Shown one piece after another: positions 1 through 9,439 of a stretch of DNA of 64,000 bases. Positions within the stretch are counted from its first letter, which is position 1. Each line of letters begins with the position of its first letter. Below the pieces are notes generated by a model. The model was not told the DNA's origin. It saw nothing but the letters and a program-made list of their open reading frames with translations, and did not search any database. The position numbers and the translations under genes are program-made. The stretch is from Candidatus Nomurabacteria bacterium. Lineage in GTDB: Bacteria; Patescibacteriota; Minisyncoccia; Phycocordibacterales; UBA5272. The stretch is taken from NCBI GenBank assembly GCA_028286645.1, contig JAQBRF010000004.1, forward strand, positions 337,536 through 401,535, given 5' to 3'.

Positions 1-2668
1 TCACGATAGGACTTGGGATTTTTTTCGATCTTTTCGCGTCCACTTCGATCTCCCCTTTCTTATCTAAGTAAACATGTGCTACTCCGCCCTTTCCAAATTT
101 CTTCGCAAGCATAAGAAGAGCTATTTTATTTAAGATAGTAGTCTGCATGTATCGTTTTATTGGTCTAGCTCCGAAGTGCGGATCAAATGATTTTTCCATT
201 ATATGAGTAACTACTTCGTCTGTTACTTCAAGCACAATTTCTTTTTCAAGAAGTCTCTTAGCAAGCACATCGACTTGTAATCCCACAATCTGCCTAATCT
301 CATCTTTTGATAGCACATCAAATATGATGGTCTCATCTAATCTATTTAAGAATTCAGGCTTAAAGAATTCTTTAAGTGCATCCATCACGCGATCCTTCAC
401 TTGCGTATACTCGCTTCCTCCTACGTGATTTGCAAATCCGATCTGTTCCATCTTTTGAATGTATTGGCTTCCTATATTTGAAGTCATAACTATAATGGTA
501 TTTTTGAAATTCACCACTCTTCCCTTGCTGTCCGTTAACCTTCCTTCGTCTAATACCTGAAGAAGAATATTAAATACTTCTGGGTGCGCTTTTTCAATTT
601 CATCAAATAAAATTACTGCATACGGTCGATGTCGCACAGCCTCTGTTAAATAACCCGACTCTTCATAACCAACGTAACCTGGAGGCGCACCGATTAACTT
701 GCTTGTGGAATGCTTCTCCATATATTCACTCATGTCCACTTTGATCAACGCTTTTTCATCATTAAACATGAATGAAGCCAGCGCCTTCGTAAGCTCTGTC
801 TTTCCGACTCCCGTAGGACCTAAGAACATAAATGATCCGATAGGTCGTCCTGGGTCATTAATTCCCGCACGGCTTCGTCTTACAGCGCCGCTAATCTTCG
901 TAATCGCATCTCTTTGGCCCACCACTCGTTTACCAAGCACATCTTCCATATGTGAAAGCTTTTCCTGCTCTTCCTCAAGCATTCTCACAACTGGTATGCC
1001 AGTCCATCTGGCTACCACTGAAGCTATTTCTTCTTCACTCACTTCTTCTTTAAGGATTCTTCTATTCTTTTGAAGCTTCTTTAATTTATCCAATCGCTCA
1101 TTAAGTTCTTTGGTCAAATCTGGAATCTGTCCATATCGAATCTCCGCCACGCGAGTCAAATCCGCCCGCAATTCTGCATTATCTGCTTCAGTGCGAAGTG
1201 ATTCAAGAGATTTTTTAATTTCGCCGATTTCATTAAGTGTTTTCTTTTCATTCTTCCACTTTAGTTCTAGCTCATGCGTTTTCTCTTTTATATTTGCAAT
1301 TTCTTCTTCAATAGAATCTACGCGTTTCTTAGTCGAGCTATCTGATTCTTTATTCTCCATCAATTCTTTTGTAAGAGCTTCTTTCTCGATTTCCAAACGC
1401 ATTATCTTTCTGTGAGCCTCGTCTAATACTACTGGCTTATTTTCTAGCGCAATGCGAAGAGAACTAGCCGCTTCATCTATTAAATCAATCGCTTTATCCG
1501 GAAGGAATCTGTTAGTGATATATCTGGTAGAAAGGTTAACTGCAGAAATCAGCGCATCATCTGTAATGCGAACGCCGTGGAATAATTCATATTTTTCTTT
1601 AAGACCTCTAAGAATTGCAAGCGCATCTTCTTCATTTGGCTCTTCTACGAAGACCGGCTGGAAGCGTCGAGCAAGCGCTGGATCTTTTTCAATATGTTTT
1701 TGATATTCTTTTAAAGTTGTGGCACCGATTGCTCGCAACTCTCCGCGAGAAAGAGCTGGCTTAAGCAAGTTTGCTGCATCCGCCGAGCCTTCAGTAGCAC
1801 CTGCACCTACAATGGTGTGAATTTCATCGATAAATAAAATGATAGCTCCTTCTGATCTCTCGATTTCTTTCATGATGGCCTTTAATCTTTCTTCGAATTC
1901 TCCGCGGAATTTAGTTCCGGCTATAAGCATTCCAAGATCAAGTGAAACTAAATCTTTATTTTTCAAACTGTCCGGCACATCTCCTTTAGCCATTCGGATA
2001 GCAAGCCCTTCTACTACCGCAGTCTTTCCCACACCCGCGTCTCCGATTAATATAGGATTATTTTTTGTGCGTCGTGAAAGAATCTGCATAAGCCGCATGA
2101 TTTCCGTGTCGCGTCCAATAACTGGATCTAATTTATCTTTGCGAGCAAGATCGGTAAAGTTACGAGTATATTTTGCAATAGCTTTATTTTTCTTCGGGCC
2201 TTGTGCTTCTGTTATGTTTTGTGAACGAAGCTCTTCTAATATATGAACTGCTTGTTCGCGGTCAATTCTAAACCGAGCAAGTATTTCTCTTGCCTGTGAA
2301 GGAGATTCAAGTATTGAAATAAAGAGATGTTCAGTTGATACAAATTCGTCCCCGAGTCCTTGCGCTACTTTTAGTGAAGTTTCGAGTATCTGCGCAAGTT
2401 CTGGAGTTAAATACATCTGATACGACGGGCTCATGGTTGCAGAAGCTCCAGGAACTTCAATAGCATCCACGATGCTGTCTGTTAAATGAACGATGTCTAT
2501 TTCTAAACGCTCCAAAATCGCATGAACGAGAGATTCGTCTTGCGTAAGAAGAGCCCCCATAAGATGTAGCGGGCTTACCTGATTTTGGCCACGTTCAATA
2601 GCAAACTCGTGGGCTTTTCTTATTACTTCTTTGGCTTTTGTTGTGAAGTTATTAAATGATGGGGGCAT
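1..2668 (-). CDS. clpB: ClpB/ClpA-family AAA+ chaperone (3' end runs off window start)
   Basis: Revcomp from 2668 translates to [41 protein letters not shown] (Clp N-domain). Two AAA+ modules follow on the minus strand. Plus-strand ORFs 699-2246 are antisense artefacts. The frame continues past position 1. Confidence 0.85.
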   Translation of the reverse strand, partial: MPPSFNNFTTKAKEVIRKAHEFAIERGQNQVSPLHLMGALLTQDESLVHAILERLEIDIVHLTDSIVDAIEVPGASATMSPSYQMYLTPELAQILETSLKVAQGLGDEFVSTEHLFISILESPSQAREILARFRIDREQAVHILEELRSQNITEAQGPKKNKAIAKYTRNFTDLARKDKLDPVIGRDTEIMRLMQILSRRTKNNPILIGDAGVGKTAVVEGLAIRMAKGDVPDSLKNKDLVSLDLGMLIAGTKFRGEFEERLKAIMKEIERSEGAIILFIDEIHTIVGAGATEGSADAANLLKPALSRGELRAIGATTLKEYQKHIEKDPALARRFQPVFVEEPNEEDALAILRGLKEKYELFHGVRITDDALISAVNLSTRYITNRFLPDKAIDLIDEAASSLRIALENKPVVLDEAHRKIMRLEIEKEALTKELMENKESDSSTKKRVDSIEEEIANIKEKTHELELKWKNEKKTLNEIGEIKKSLESLRTEADNAELRADLTRVAEIRYGQIPDLTKELNERLDKLKKLQKNRRILKEEVSEEEIASVVARWTGIPVVRMLEEEQEKLSHMEDVLGKRVVGQRDAITKISGAVRRSRAGINDPGRPIGSFMFLGPTGVGKTELTKALASFMFNDEKALIKVDMSEYMEKHSTSKLIGAPPGYVGYEESGYLTEAVRHRPYAVILFDEIEKAHPEVFNILLQVLDEGRLTDSKGRVVNFKNTIIVMTSNIGSQYIQKMEQIGFANHVGGSEYTQVKDRVMDALKEFFKPEFLNRLDETIIFDVLSKDEIRQIVGLQVDVLAKRLLEKEIVLEVTDEVVTHIMEKSFDPHFGARPIKRYMQTTILNKIALLMLAKKFGKGGVAHVYLDKKGEIEVDAKRSKKIPSPIV

Positions 2669-2825
2669 AATGGTTCAGCGTGTAGCTAGTAGCGGATAGC
2701 GTGTAGCAAACACAAATTCAGATTTCAATAAATTTTTCAATAAATTAAGGGCCGTGCAGCAAATACAATCATCTCTCTCATCTATACAGTATAACAGGTG
2801 CGTCAAGCAGTTGTGACAGGATAAG

Positions 2826-2848
2826 CAATAATAATAATAATAATAATA
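2826..2848. repeat. (AAT)7 microsatellite upstream of clpB
   Basis: 'caataataataataataataataca' read directly. Confidence 0.9.
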
Positions 2849-3025
2849 CAATTTCAAATACAAGATAATTTCATTCTGAGTTCAATCATTTCTTTCATTC
2901 AATCGCGTCGGTATATATCCACAATGACAAATTCCAGAGCCTCGGTCAACTTGACATATAGTAGTATATATAGTAGAGTAAGATGGTGCCAGCGCTTGCT
3001 GGATTTGGATAGAAGGATAACCCTT

Positions 3026-3268
3026 ATGCTGAAGGCTGACATAGCATTGACGGAAGCAAAAATATGGGCTATGGCTATCGCAGTATGGATTGTCATCGTC
3101 CTGGTCGTTCTCGCGGCGATCGCCTGGCCCGGCTTGTACTTACTCCACAAGATCGCAAATGGCCTCGCCCATCTCAATTGGGTAGCCGCTAGCCCCGCCG
3201 GGATGATGCTTCTCGTATTTCTCGTGGGCATCGTGATCGGCCTTCTCATCAATAGACCACGACAGTGA
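3026..3268 (+). CDS. small GC-rich membrane protein (2 TM); start may be 2924
   Basis: Hydrophobic helices AMAIAVWIVIVLVVLAAIAW and MMLLVFLVGIVIGLL. GAAGGA lies upstream of the ATG at 3026. A rho-independent terminator follows immediately. Confidence 0.45.
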   Translation: MLKADIALTEAKIWAMAIAVWIVIVLVVLAAIAWPGLYLLHKIANGLAHLNWVAASPAGMMLLVFLVGIVIGLLINRPRQ

Positions 3269-3287
3269 AATCACCGCCGTTGTGGAA

Positions 3288-3322
3288 AAAGCGGCGTCAC
3301 CGACGCCGCTTTTTCTTTTTTA
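3288..3322 (+). terminator. rho-independent terminator
   Basis: Hairpin GCGGCGT-caccg-ACGCCGC followed by a TTTTTCTTTTTT run. Confidence 0.7.
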
Positions 3323-3449
3323 TATTTATTAAGCGCAGGGATTTGTTTCCAGATACGAGGCGTAGAATATTTTTATGAGGAGACGTACATGAACGTACGT
3401 TAACGATTAAAAATATTCTGCAACAAAGTATATGGAACAAATAACAAGC

Positions 3450-4010
3450 TTAGAGTCGTTCTTCTACATTATGCCAATCGATGTATGACATAAACGCATT
3501 CACATAATCCGCCCTCTTTAGTCCGTAATCAATCATAAAAGCATGCTCAAATACATCCATTACAAGCAGCGGTGTTGCCCCAGCTAAATGGCCCGTATCA
3601 TGCTCATTAATCCATACGTTAAATAATTTTCCCGTTGATTTATCATGAGCGAGTATCACCCACCCTATTCCTCGAATCATTCCCATCCCTACGAATTCCT
3701 TTTGCCAATTTTCAACCGAACCCCAGCATTCTTCAATTTTTTTCTTAAGAGTTCTGTCGCTTAATTGCACTCCTCCTTTTACCATATTTCCAAAATAAAG
3801 TTCATGAAGTCTCATGCCATTCCATTCCCATCCGAATCTTCGATGAAGTTCATTAAATTCAGGAGATCCTGGTTCACAAGTTTTCATTAAATCAGCCAGC
3901 TTATTCGTATTCGTCACATATCCCTGATAAAGAGTGAAGTGATTATTAAGTAGTGTGTCACTAAATCCTGGAATCCCAAGCAGACTTGAAAAGTCTTTTG
4001 CTGTGTACAT
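3450..4010 (-). CDS. Fe/Mn superoxide dismutase
   Basis: C-terminal DVFEHAFMIDYGLKRADYVNAFMSYIDWHNV, close to the SOD signature D-x-W-E-H-[STA]-[FY]2. Length of 186 aa fits. Confidence 0.8.
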   Translation of the reverse strand: MYTAKDFSSLLGIPGFSDTLLNNHFTLYQGYVTNTNKLADLMKTCEPGSPEFNELHRRFGWEWNGMRLHELYFGNMVKGGVQLSDRTLKKKIEECWGSVENWQKEFVGMGMIRGIGWVILAHDKSTGKLFNVWINEHDTGHLAGATPLLVMDVFEHAFMIDYGLKRADYVNAFMSYIDWHNVEERL

Positions 4011-4040
4011 ATTATTTATATTTAATTTATAATCTTCTCC

Positions 4041-5366
4041 CTATGATTCAATTTTCTTTACATATTTCTCTGCAATTTCTTTCATGGCCATAACTAGATC
4101 ATTCATATCTTTTTTTGCAGTTGTTCTTCCCAGAGTTATTCGGAGATTTTCTTTCGCCGCCATCTCACTTTCTCCTAAAGAAATTATAACATAACTCCCA
4201 TCGGTCTCAGAAGATGCACACGCAGATTTATGTGAAATAGCAAACCCTTTTGCGTCCAATCGCAAAATCATCTCCTCGCTCGTTATCCCTGGTATGCGGC
4301 AGTTAATATTATTGGGCAACCGGAGTTCAGAGTGTAGTGCGTAGAGTGTAGCGTGTAGACTTTCTCCCACTTTCCACTTTCCACTTTCTACTAACTGCGG
4401 GATATCGACTCTCGACTTATAGATATCCCATGCTCCATAAAACTTTATAGCGGGAATTTCTTTTTCTGCTTTCTCCTTAAAATAATCTCGCAGCTCCCTT
4501 AATCTTTCGGACTCTGTTTCTCTTAGCCTCACCGCTTCTTCTAAAGCAATAGAGAAAGCATACGCCGAAGATGCATCTTCTGTGCCGCTTCTTAAACCTC
4601 TTTCCTGTCCGCCTCCATGAACTATCGGATCAACTTTTATTCCTTCTCTTTTATAAAGAAGCGCAATGCCTTTAGGCCCATATACCTTGCTAGAATTTAC
4701 TGTAATCATGTGGGCTCGAAGCCTTACGACGTCTAAACTTAAATAGTTTCCTGCTTGGCACGCGTCGGTGTGAAAGTATGGATAAGACGTGAATGTTTTT
4801 CCATTTTCTTTTTTCCATTCGTCCAGTGCTCTTCCGATTTCTTTTATCGGCTGAATAGTTCCGATCTCGTTATTCGCATACATCACACTTACTAAAATAG
4901 TTTCAGGGGTCAGCGCTTCTTTAAAATCATTTAATTTAACTATTCCATCTTCATATGTTTTTAAATAAGTAACATTCACGAGCCGCTTCTTTTCTAAAAA
5001 CCTAATTGCTTCTAATACTGCAGGATGCTCTATTTCAGTAGTAATAATATGCGGAACTTTTCCCGGATTATCTTTTATAAAAGATTCATACGTTCCAAGG
5101 ATCGCCAAATTACAGCTCTCGGTTCCGGAACCTACAAAATATATTTCATATGCATGAGCGTTAAGTAATCGTCCGCATATTGCTCGTGCTTTATCTAAAA
5201 GAAGCCCTGATTGAACTCCTTCCTTATGAATTCCGGATGGATTCCCATAAATTAAAGATGAAACCCGAAGTGCATTAAGCGCTCCGGAAAATATCGGAGT
5301 AGACCCCGCGTGATCTAAATACACTCTGCTCACTTTCTTATTAAAAAAATTTGCGAGAAAATTCAT
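4041..5366 (-). CDS. cysteine desulfurase (IscS/NifS class V aminotransferase) with repeat-encoded loop insertion
   Basis: PLP-lysine motif SSKVYGPKGIALLY. Active-site HKSACASSETDGSYVI. About 35 extra residues (ESGKWKVGESLHATLYALHSELR) are encoded by the tandem DNA repeats 'cactttccactttccactttc' and 'gtgtag...' at 4321-4400. Confidence 0.8.
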   Translation of the reverse strand: MNFLANFFNKKVSRVYLDHAGSTPIFSGALNALRVSSLIYGNPSGIHKEGVQSGLLLDKARAICGRLLNAHAYEIYFVGSGTESCNLAILGTYESFIKDNPGKVPHIITTEIEHPAVLEAIRFLEKKRLVNVTYLKTYEDGIVKLNDFKEALTPETILVSVMYANNEIGTIQPIKEIGRALDEWKKENGKTFTSYPYFHTDACQAGNYLSLDVVRLRAHMITVNSSKVYGPKGIALLYKREGIKVDPIVHGGGQERGLRSGTEDASSAYAFSIALEEAVRLRETESERLRELRDYFKEKAEKEIPAIKFYGAWDIYKSRVDIPQLVESGKWKVGESLHATLYALHSELRLPNNINCRIPGITSEEMILRLDAKGFAISHKSACASSETDGSYVIISLGESEMAAKENLRITLGRTTAKKDMNDLVMAMKEIAEKYVKKIES

Positions 5367-5400
5367 AACATTAATCCTACAGTAAGAAAATACTTTTTAC

Positions 5401-5435
5401 AAAATAAAAAACCCAGGCCCGCGAGGACCTGGGTT
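5401..5435 (-). terminator. rho-independent terminator ending the minus-strand small-peptide locus
   Basis: Minus strand reads ACCCAGG...CCTGGGT followed by TTTTTTATTTT. Confidence 0.7.
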
Positions 5436-5617
5436 TGCGAGATAACCTCTCGCGTTGGTGGCTTCCATGGGTGGGAGCCGGGTAGACGCGAAACCGTCTG
5501 TCGCGGCGCGAGGGGCGTTCCCACGCGCAAGCGCACATCGATGACGCGAATATTAGAACAGGCACCTAAGCCCGCAAGGCTCAGCCATTGCGGGCCAGCT
5601 GGCGCCGGCTTGGTTTT

Positions 5618-5791
5618 CTACGCCGCGCTGCCGGGCGAGTCGCCCGGATTGCCACCGGCGATGTGAGCATCGCCCACGGACGCACCGCTTCCGGACGGGG
5701 CGCCTTCGTGGTTCGTCGTCGGATTAGTCGCAGAGATCGTCGTACCAGTGTGGAGCTGCATGGCCATAAGCTGCGGAGGTTCTCGATACAT
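5618..5791 (-). CDS. small Gly/Ser/Thr-rich peptide, paralog 1 (57 aa)
   Basis: Translation MYREPPQLMAMQLHTGTTISATNPTTNHEGAPSGSGASVGDAHIAGGNPGDSPGSAA. GAGGAA lies 6 nt upstream. The last ~30 nt are identical to paralog 2. Confidence 0.5.
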   Translation of the reverse strand: MYREPPQLMAMQLHTGTTISATNPTTNHEGAPSGSGASVGDAHIAGGNPGDSPGSAA

Positions 5792-5904
5792 CGTTGTTCC
5801 TCATAGAGAGTTTATCAAGATGATACAGAAAGAAGCATACCACCTACACCTTCTTTGTCAATGGTGAAAAAATGAATGATTTTTAGACTCAAATATAAAA
5901 AAAG

Positions 5905-5945
5905 ACTACCCCGTACTGCTTGTACTGCTAGGGTAGTCGTTGGGG
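5905..5945 (-). terminator. intrinsic terminator between peptide paralogs 2 and 1
   Basis: Minus strand GACTACC...GGTAGTC followed by TTTTTTTA. An extra GC hairpin GACGGGGCgattGCCCCGTC lies at 5951-5970. Confidence 0.55.
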
Positions 5946-6048
5946 TTACTGACGGGGCGATTGCCCCGTCAGGTATTTCGGCACGCAGCCGGCGCGCAAT
6001 GGCTAAGCCATGGACGCGCGCGGGCTAGCCGGCGCCGAGCTTCGAGCT

Positions 6049-6234
6049 TTACGTCGCGTTGCCGGGCGAGTCGCCCGGATTGCCACTGTCGACGCCGAGC
6101 GCGGTGTGCTGGCCGGAACTCATCTTCGCATTGGTGCCGCCGTCGTGGCGCACGCCGCCGCTCGAGCTCGCCATCGCATGATTTGCAGAGGTATTCGTTG
6201 CACCGAGCTGTTGGCCGATCGATTTCAATTTCAT
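6049..6234 (-). CDS. small Gly/Ser/Thr-rich peptide, paralog 2 (61 aa)
   Basis: Translation MKLKSIGQQLGATNTSANHAMASSSGGVRHDGGTNAKMSSGQHTALGVDSGNPGDSPGNAT. AAAGGAA RBS lies 7 nt upstream. Confidence 0.55.
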   Translation of the reverse strand: MKLKSIGQQLGATNTSANHAMASSSGGVRHDGGTNAKMSSGQHTALGVDSGNPGDSPGNAT

Positions 6235-6294
6235 CGTAGTTCCTTTCGTTGTTTGGAAGGCGTTTTAGAAGACTGCTGTTGCGGTACTTCTACC

Positions 6295-6363
6295 TTACGC
6301 ACGGCTATTGTCCTTCCGTTGCACCGATCGTGATGAGCCGACGAGTTTTGTTTCTTTACTCAT
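6295..6363 (-). CDS. 22-aa micro-ORF (MSKETKLVGSSRSVQRKDNSRA) with GAGGAA RBS
   Basis: ATG with GAGGAA 5 nt upstream, lying between paralogs 3 and 2. May be a leader peptide or chance. Confidence 0.2.
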   Translation of the reverse strand: MSKETKLVGSSRSVQRKDNSRA

Positions 6364-6472
6364 CGGTTCCTCGTCGCGGCGGAAGGCTACTCGTCGCCGA
6401 GAGTCTTCGCCGCGCCGATCGCGTGCCCGCCGTCGCCGACCTTGGCGATGTTGTACTTCGCGAAATGCCTGC

Positions 6473-6646
6473 TCACTTCGATGCCCTGGTCGCGCCGGCG
6501 CGGTGGAATCCAGTGTTGCCCGCGGCGATCGAGGTGTCGACGAAGTCGTGCTTCTTGCTGCTGTTGTGATTGCGGCTTTTAGCGGCCACTTCGTGGCCCA
6601 TGGAACCGCGCGCCTTGTCCGGCTTTTCGTGCAGACTGCTGGTCAT
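6473..6646 (-). CDS. small Gly/Ser/Thr-rich peptide, paralog 3 (57 aa)
   Basis: Translation MTSSLHEKPDKARGSMGHEVAAKSRNHNSSKKHDFVDTSIAAGNTGFHRAGATRASK. GGAGGT RBS lies 5 nt upstream of the ATG. The ORF-track start at 6667 is a GTG. Confidence 0.5.
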   Translation of the reverse strand: MTSSLHEKPDKARGSMGHEVAAKSRNHNSSKKHDFVDTSIAAGNTGFHRAGATRASK

Positions 6647-6730
6647 GTGCACCTCCGTGTTTGCCACCCTTTCGAGCGGCGGGTTGGAAAGCTTTCGATT
6701 TCTACCTTGCTTAGTAGTTCATCTTGAATC

Positions 6731-6782
6731 CTACCACCGCCTCAAAACTTGTCAAGTGGGTAAAATCCGGTGGTAGATCTAC
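6731..6782 (-). promoter_or_regulatory. putative promoter (-35 TTGACA) embedded in operator-like inverted repeats
   Basis: TACCACCG...CGGTGGTA 8-bp inverted repeat flanks a minus-strand TTGACA. The perfect palindrome GGTAGATCTACC overlaps it. Located upstream of peptide paralog 3. Confidence 0.4.
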
Positions 6783-6824
6783 CTATTTTTGCCCCCTAAT
6801 TATTAACGGAGGGAAAATAAAAAA

Positions 6825-6912
6825 ACCGATTCCCCCTCCCTAATTACAAAACGTGTAATTAGGGAGGGGTCATCAGTTTATGGGTCAGCTCGGGGATCAC
6901 CCCGAGCTGACC
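6825..6912. repeat. two adjacent perfect hairpins (15-bp and 13-bp stems)
   Basis: CCCTCCCTAATTACAaaacgtTGTAATTAGGGAGGG and GGTCAGCTCGGGGatcacCCCCGAGCTGACC. The TAATTA/GGGAGGG motif also occurs at 6793. Confidence 0.6.
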
Positions 6913-7020
6913 TCTTGCGGCTCCCTTGCAGCCTTAGCTGCTTGCCGACCATCTTGAACACCTTAAGTGTGTCAATATCATGATTCTTTGTCAATTACTT
7001 ATCCCCAGCAAAATTGTAGA

Positions 7021-7242
7021 AGCAGCTTGGCTGCGAAGATACCGGAAGCTAACGAGCTGTAGGTCCTGAAGCGGCAGCTGAAGGGCTGAGCGCGAATGTG
7101 TCGAGGAGTGAGAACGACGAAGGTACTGAGCAGAGTACTGCGAATGTGTTGACGAACGGAGGTGAGGAAATACTGAACATAGCAATGTGAATGTGCAACC
7201 GAGCGCGAGCGAGGACGTATTGAGCGCAGAGGCGCGAAATGC
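7021..7242. repeat. left copy of long-range inverted repeat; contains three degenerate ~50-nt tandem units
   Basis: Motifs agcagcttggctgcgaagat, gcgaatgtg and tactgaacatagcaatgtgaatgtgc recur as the reverse complement at 21326-21480. Confidence 0.7.
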
Positions 7243-7745
7243 TAAAATTGTTAAATAATTTTATGTCTTCCTATTTCGGCTATGTAACCCACTACCCATC
7301 AATCGCACTTTCAGTTGCTTTAATTATTGTTCTTATTTATACGATATATTTACATTTAAAAATACATAAGTTCACCAGCGGAGAATCAGGAATATCTTTA
7401 GAATCAATAATTAAGAAAAATATTGAAAGCGCCGAACAGATTAAAAAGACCAACGAACTAATTCTAGAGCATTCCGAATTGTTAGATAAAAAAGTGTCTC
7501 ATTCCATAAGAAATGCAAAAGTAATTCGCTATAAAGCATTTGAATCTCATGGATCTAATCAAAGTTTTTCTGTAGCACTACTAAATGAGGAAGGAAATGG
7601 GGTGATCATAACTTCCCTTCATTCAAATGATCGAATAAACACATTTGCAAAACCTATAGAAAAATATAAAAGTTCATATGATCTTACAGAAGAAGAGATA
7701 CAGGTAATAAACGAGAGCAAGAAGGAGCATGGAATTAGTGGATAG
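7239..7745 (+). CDS. hypothetical N-terminally anchored protein
   Basis: 168-aa ORF with one N-terminal TM helix. AT-rich host-like composition. Confidence 0.5.
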   Translation: MLKLLNNFMSSYFGYVTHYPSIALSVALIIVLIYTIYLHLKIHKFTSGESGISLESIIKKNIESAEQIKKTNELILEHSELLDKKVSHSIRNAKVIRYKAFESHGSNQSFSVALLNEEGNGVIITSLHSNDRINTFAKPIEKYKSSYDLTEEEIQVINESKKEHGISG

Positions 7746-7851
7746 CCGTTTGACGATATCAAATGTTTTATGAGTGATATCAACTACTTGCCGCGATCTA
7801 TCGACTAACCTATAAAAAACAAGGGAAACATGGTATAATTGTGCGATAATT

Positions 7852-9369
7852 ATGCCGAAAGAAGAAAAATCAAAGCTTGTTCCTCGTCAGCCGGTAATAG
7901 CAGTACTTGGGCATGTTGATCATGGAAAATCGTCCCTTCTTGACTACATCCGCAAATCAAACGTCGTAGAGAGTGAGGCTGGCGGTATCACACAAAGAAT
8001 CTCAGCATATGAAGTAGAGCACAAGCTAACAGACGGAAGAATAATGCCGATTACTTTCTTAGACACTCCAGGACATGCGGCATTTCAATCAATGCGCGAA
8101 CGAGGTGTAGAAATTGCCGACTTAGCGATATTGATGGTTTCTGCTGAAGACCAGGTGAAAGCTCAAACACTAGAAGCGTGGAAAACTATTGCTGAAAATA
8201 AACTCCCCTTTGTCGTTGCTATAAATAAGATAGACAAACCAGGTGCGGATATTCAAAAGACAAAAAACTCTCTTGTAGAGAATGGAATTTATATTGAAGG
8301 ATATGGAGGTGAAATTCCCTGCGTTGAAATAAGCGCGAAAACTGGCCAAGGAATAGACTTTCTTCTTGAAACCCTCATTCTTTTAGTTGAAGTAAACGAA
8401 CTTAAAGCCGATTTGTCGAAAAACGCTTCAGGATTTGTACTTGAAAGTTTCGTAGATCAAAAGCGAGGTATTTCTGCCAGCTTAATAATAAAAGATGGAA
8501 CGCTTCCACCAAGCGGGGCGATCTTAGCCGGCACTGCGATGTCGCCTATCAGGATAATAGAAAACTTCCGAGGATTACTCATAAAGGAACCACACGCCGG
8601 CCAGCCTATTAAAGTTACAGGCTTCGATGAATCTCCTATCGCCGGAGCAATTTTCATAAGTTCGAAAGATAAAAAAGAAATAGAAAAAGCTAGAGAAGAA
8701 GCGAAAGGAAATGAAGTTAAGGAAATAGCAGTAGACCCGAAAGTATACAGAAATGCAAAGGTTGTTGTTCCGGTAATAGTTAAAGCTGATTCTCTAGGAA
8801 CGCTTTCAGCTGTTATACAAGAATTAATGAAGAGAGAAACAGAAGATATAAAAATAAAGATAATTCATCAAGGGATAGGAACTATTACTGAAGGAGATTT
8901 AATGTCTGCATCATCTGATGAAAAAGTAGTAGTAATCGGCTTTGGAGTAAAAGTAGAACCGATGGCTCTCGTCCAGGCTGAAAGATTTAATGTGGTTCCA
9001 CAGATATTTGATATCATTTATAAACTATCCGAATGGTTTGATACTGTAATAGAAAGCCGCCTGCCTTACGAAGAAAAGGAAAATATTTTAGGTACATTAA
9101 AGATAATAAGAACCTTCAGCTCTCAAAAAGATAAGCATGTTATCGGGGGCCACGTAGAAACTGGAAAAATAAAAATAGATGCGGTGGTTAAAATTAGTCG
9201 TCGCGGTGTTGAATTGGGAAGAGGAAAAGTTATCGAGCTTCAATCCCAGAAAATTAAGGTTGATCTAGTAAATGAGGGAAATGATTGCGGTCTGCAAGTC
9301 GAAAGTAAAATCGATATGGTTCCCAATGATATATTGACTGCAGTTGAAATTGAGAAGATGAAAATCTAA
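7852..9369 (+). CDS. infB: translation initiation factor IF-2 (short form)
   Basis: G-domain motifs VLGHVDHGKSSLLD, DTPGHAAF and NKIDK. Followed by rbfA. Confidence 0.85.
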   Translation: MPKEEKSKLVPRQPVIAVLGHVDHGKSSLLDYIRKSNVVESEAGGITQRISAYEVEHKLTDGRIMPITFLDTPGHAAFQSMRERGVEIADLAILMVSAEDQVKAQTLEAWKTIAENKLPFVVAINKIDKPGADIQKTKNSLVENGIYIEGYGGEIPCVEISAKTGQGIDFLLETLILLVEVNELKADLSKNASGFVLESFVDQKRGISASLIIKDGTLPPSGAILAGTAMSPIRIIENFRGLLIKEPHAGQPIKVTGFDESPIAGAIFISSKDKKEIEKAREEAKGNEVKEIAVDPKVYRNAKVVVPVIVKADSLGTLSAVIQELMKRETEDIKIKIIHQGIGTITEGDLMSASSDEKVVVIGFGVKVEPMALVQAERFNVVPQIFDIIYKLSEWFDTVIESRLPYEEKENILGTLKIIRTFSSQKDKHVIGGHVETGKIKIDAVVKISRRGVELGRGKVIELQSQKIKVDLVNEGNDCGLQVESKIDMVPNDILTAVEIEKMKI

Positions 9370-9439
9370 TCCAGAGTCGATGGTCATGGGTCAGCACCAT
9401 CGACATTCGACTATCAGCTATCGACCATTTATACATATT

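Noticed and set aside
699-2246. Plus-strand ORFs 699-1073, 1110-1415, 1452-1703 and 1839-2246
   Set aside because: They are antisense to the well-supported clpB gene. Their Ser/Leu-rich low-complexity translations are typical of the wrong strand.
2675-2863. Minus ORF encoding a poly-Tyr stretch
   Set aside because: The translation is an artefact of the (AAT)n microsatellite. There is no RBS.
2899-3252. Minus-strand ORF overlapping the small membrane-protein ORF
   Set aside because: The plus-strand frame has TM helices and an immediate intrinsic terminator. The minus frame is Arg/Thr-rich without features.
5377-5565. Minus ORF MPVLIFASSMCACAW...
   Set aside because: It reads straight through the terminator hairpin at 5401-5435 and has no RBS. 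The region is more likely a structured 3' UTR. An ncRNA cannot be excluded.
5588-6776. Plus-strand Arg-rich ORFs in the GC-rich locus (5588-5806, 5940-6239, 6010-6333, 6249-6569, 6308-6727 and 6570-6776)
   Set aside because: They are Arg/Ser/Ala-rich with no RBS, as expected for off-frame reads of GC-rich DNA. The minus-strand small ORFs have RBSs, paralogy and terminators.
6991-7185. Minus ORF spanning the tandem degenerate repeats
   Set aside because: The translation (HS..HS.. repeats) is dictated by the repeat DNA, with no start context. The region is treated as a non-coding repeat. The units are imperfect and directly adjacent with no spacers, so it is not a CRISPR array.
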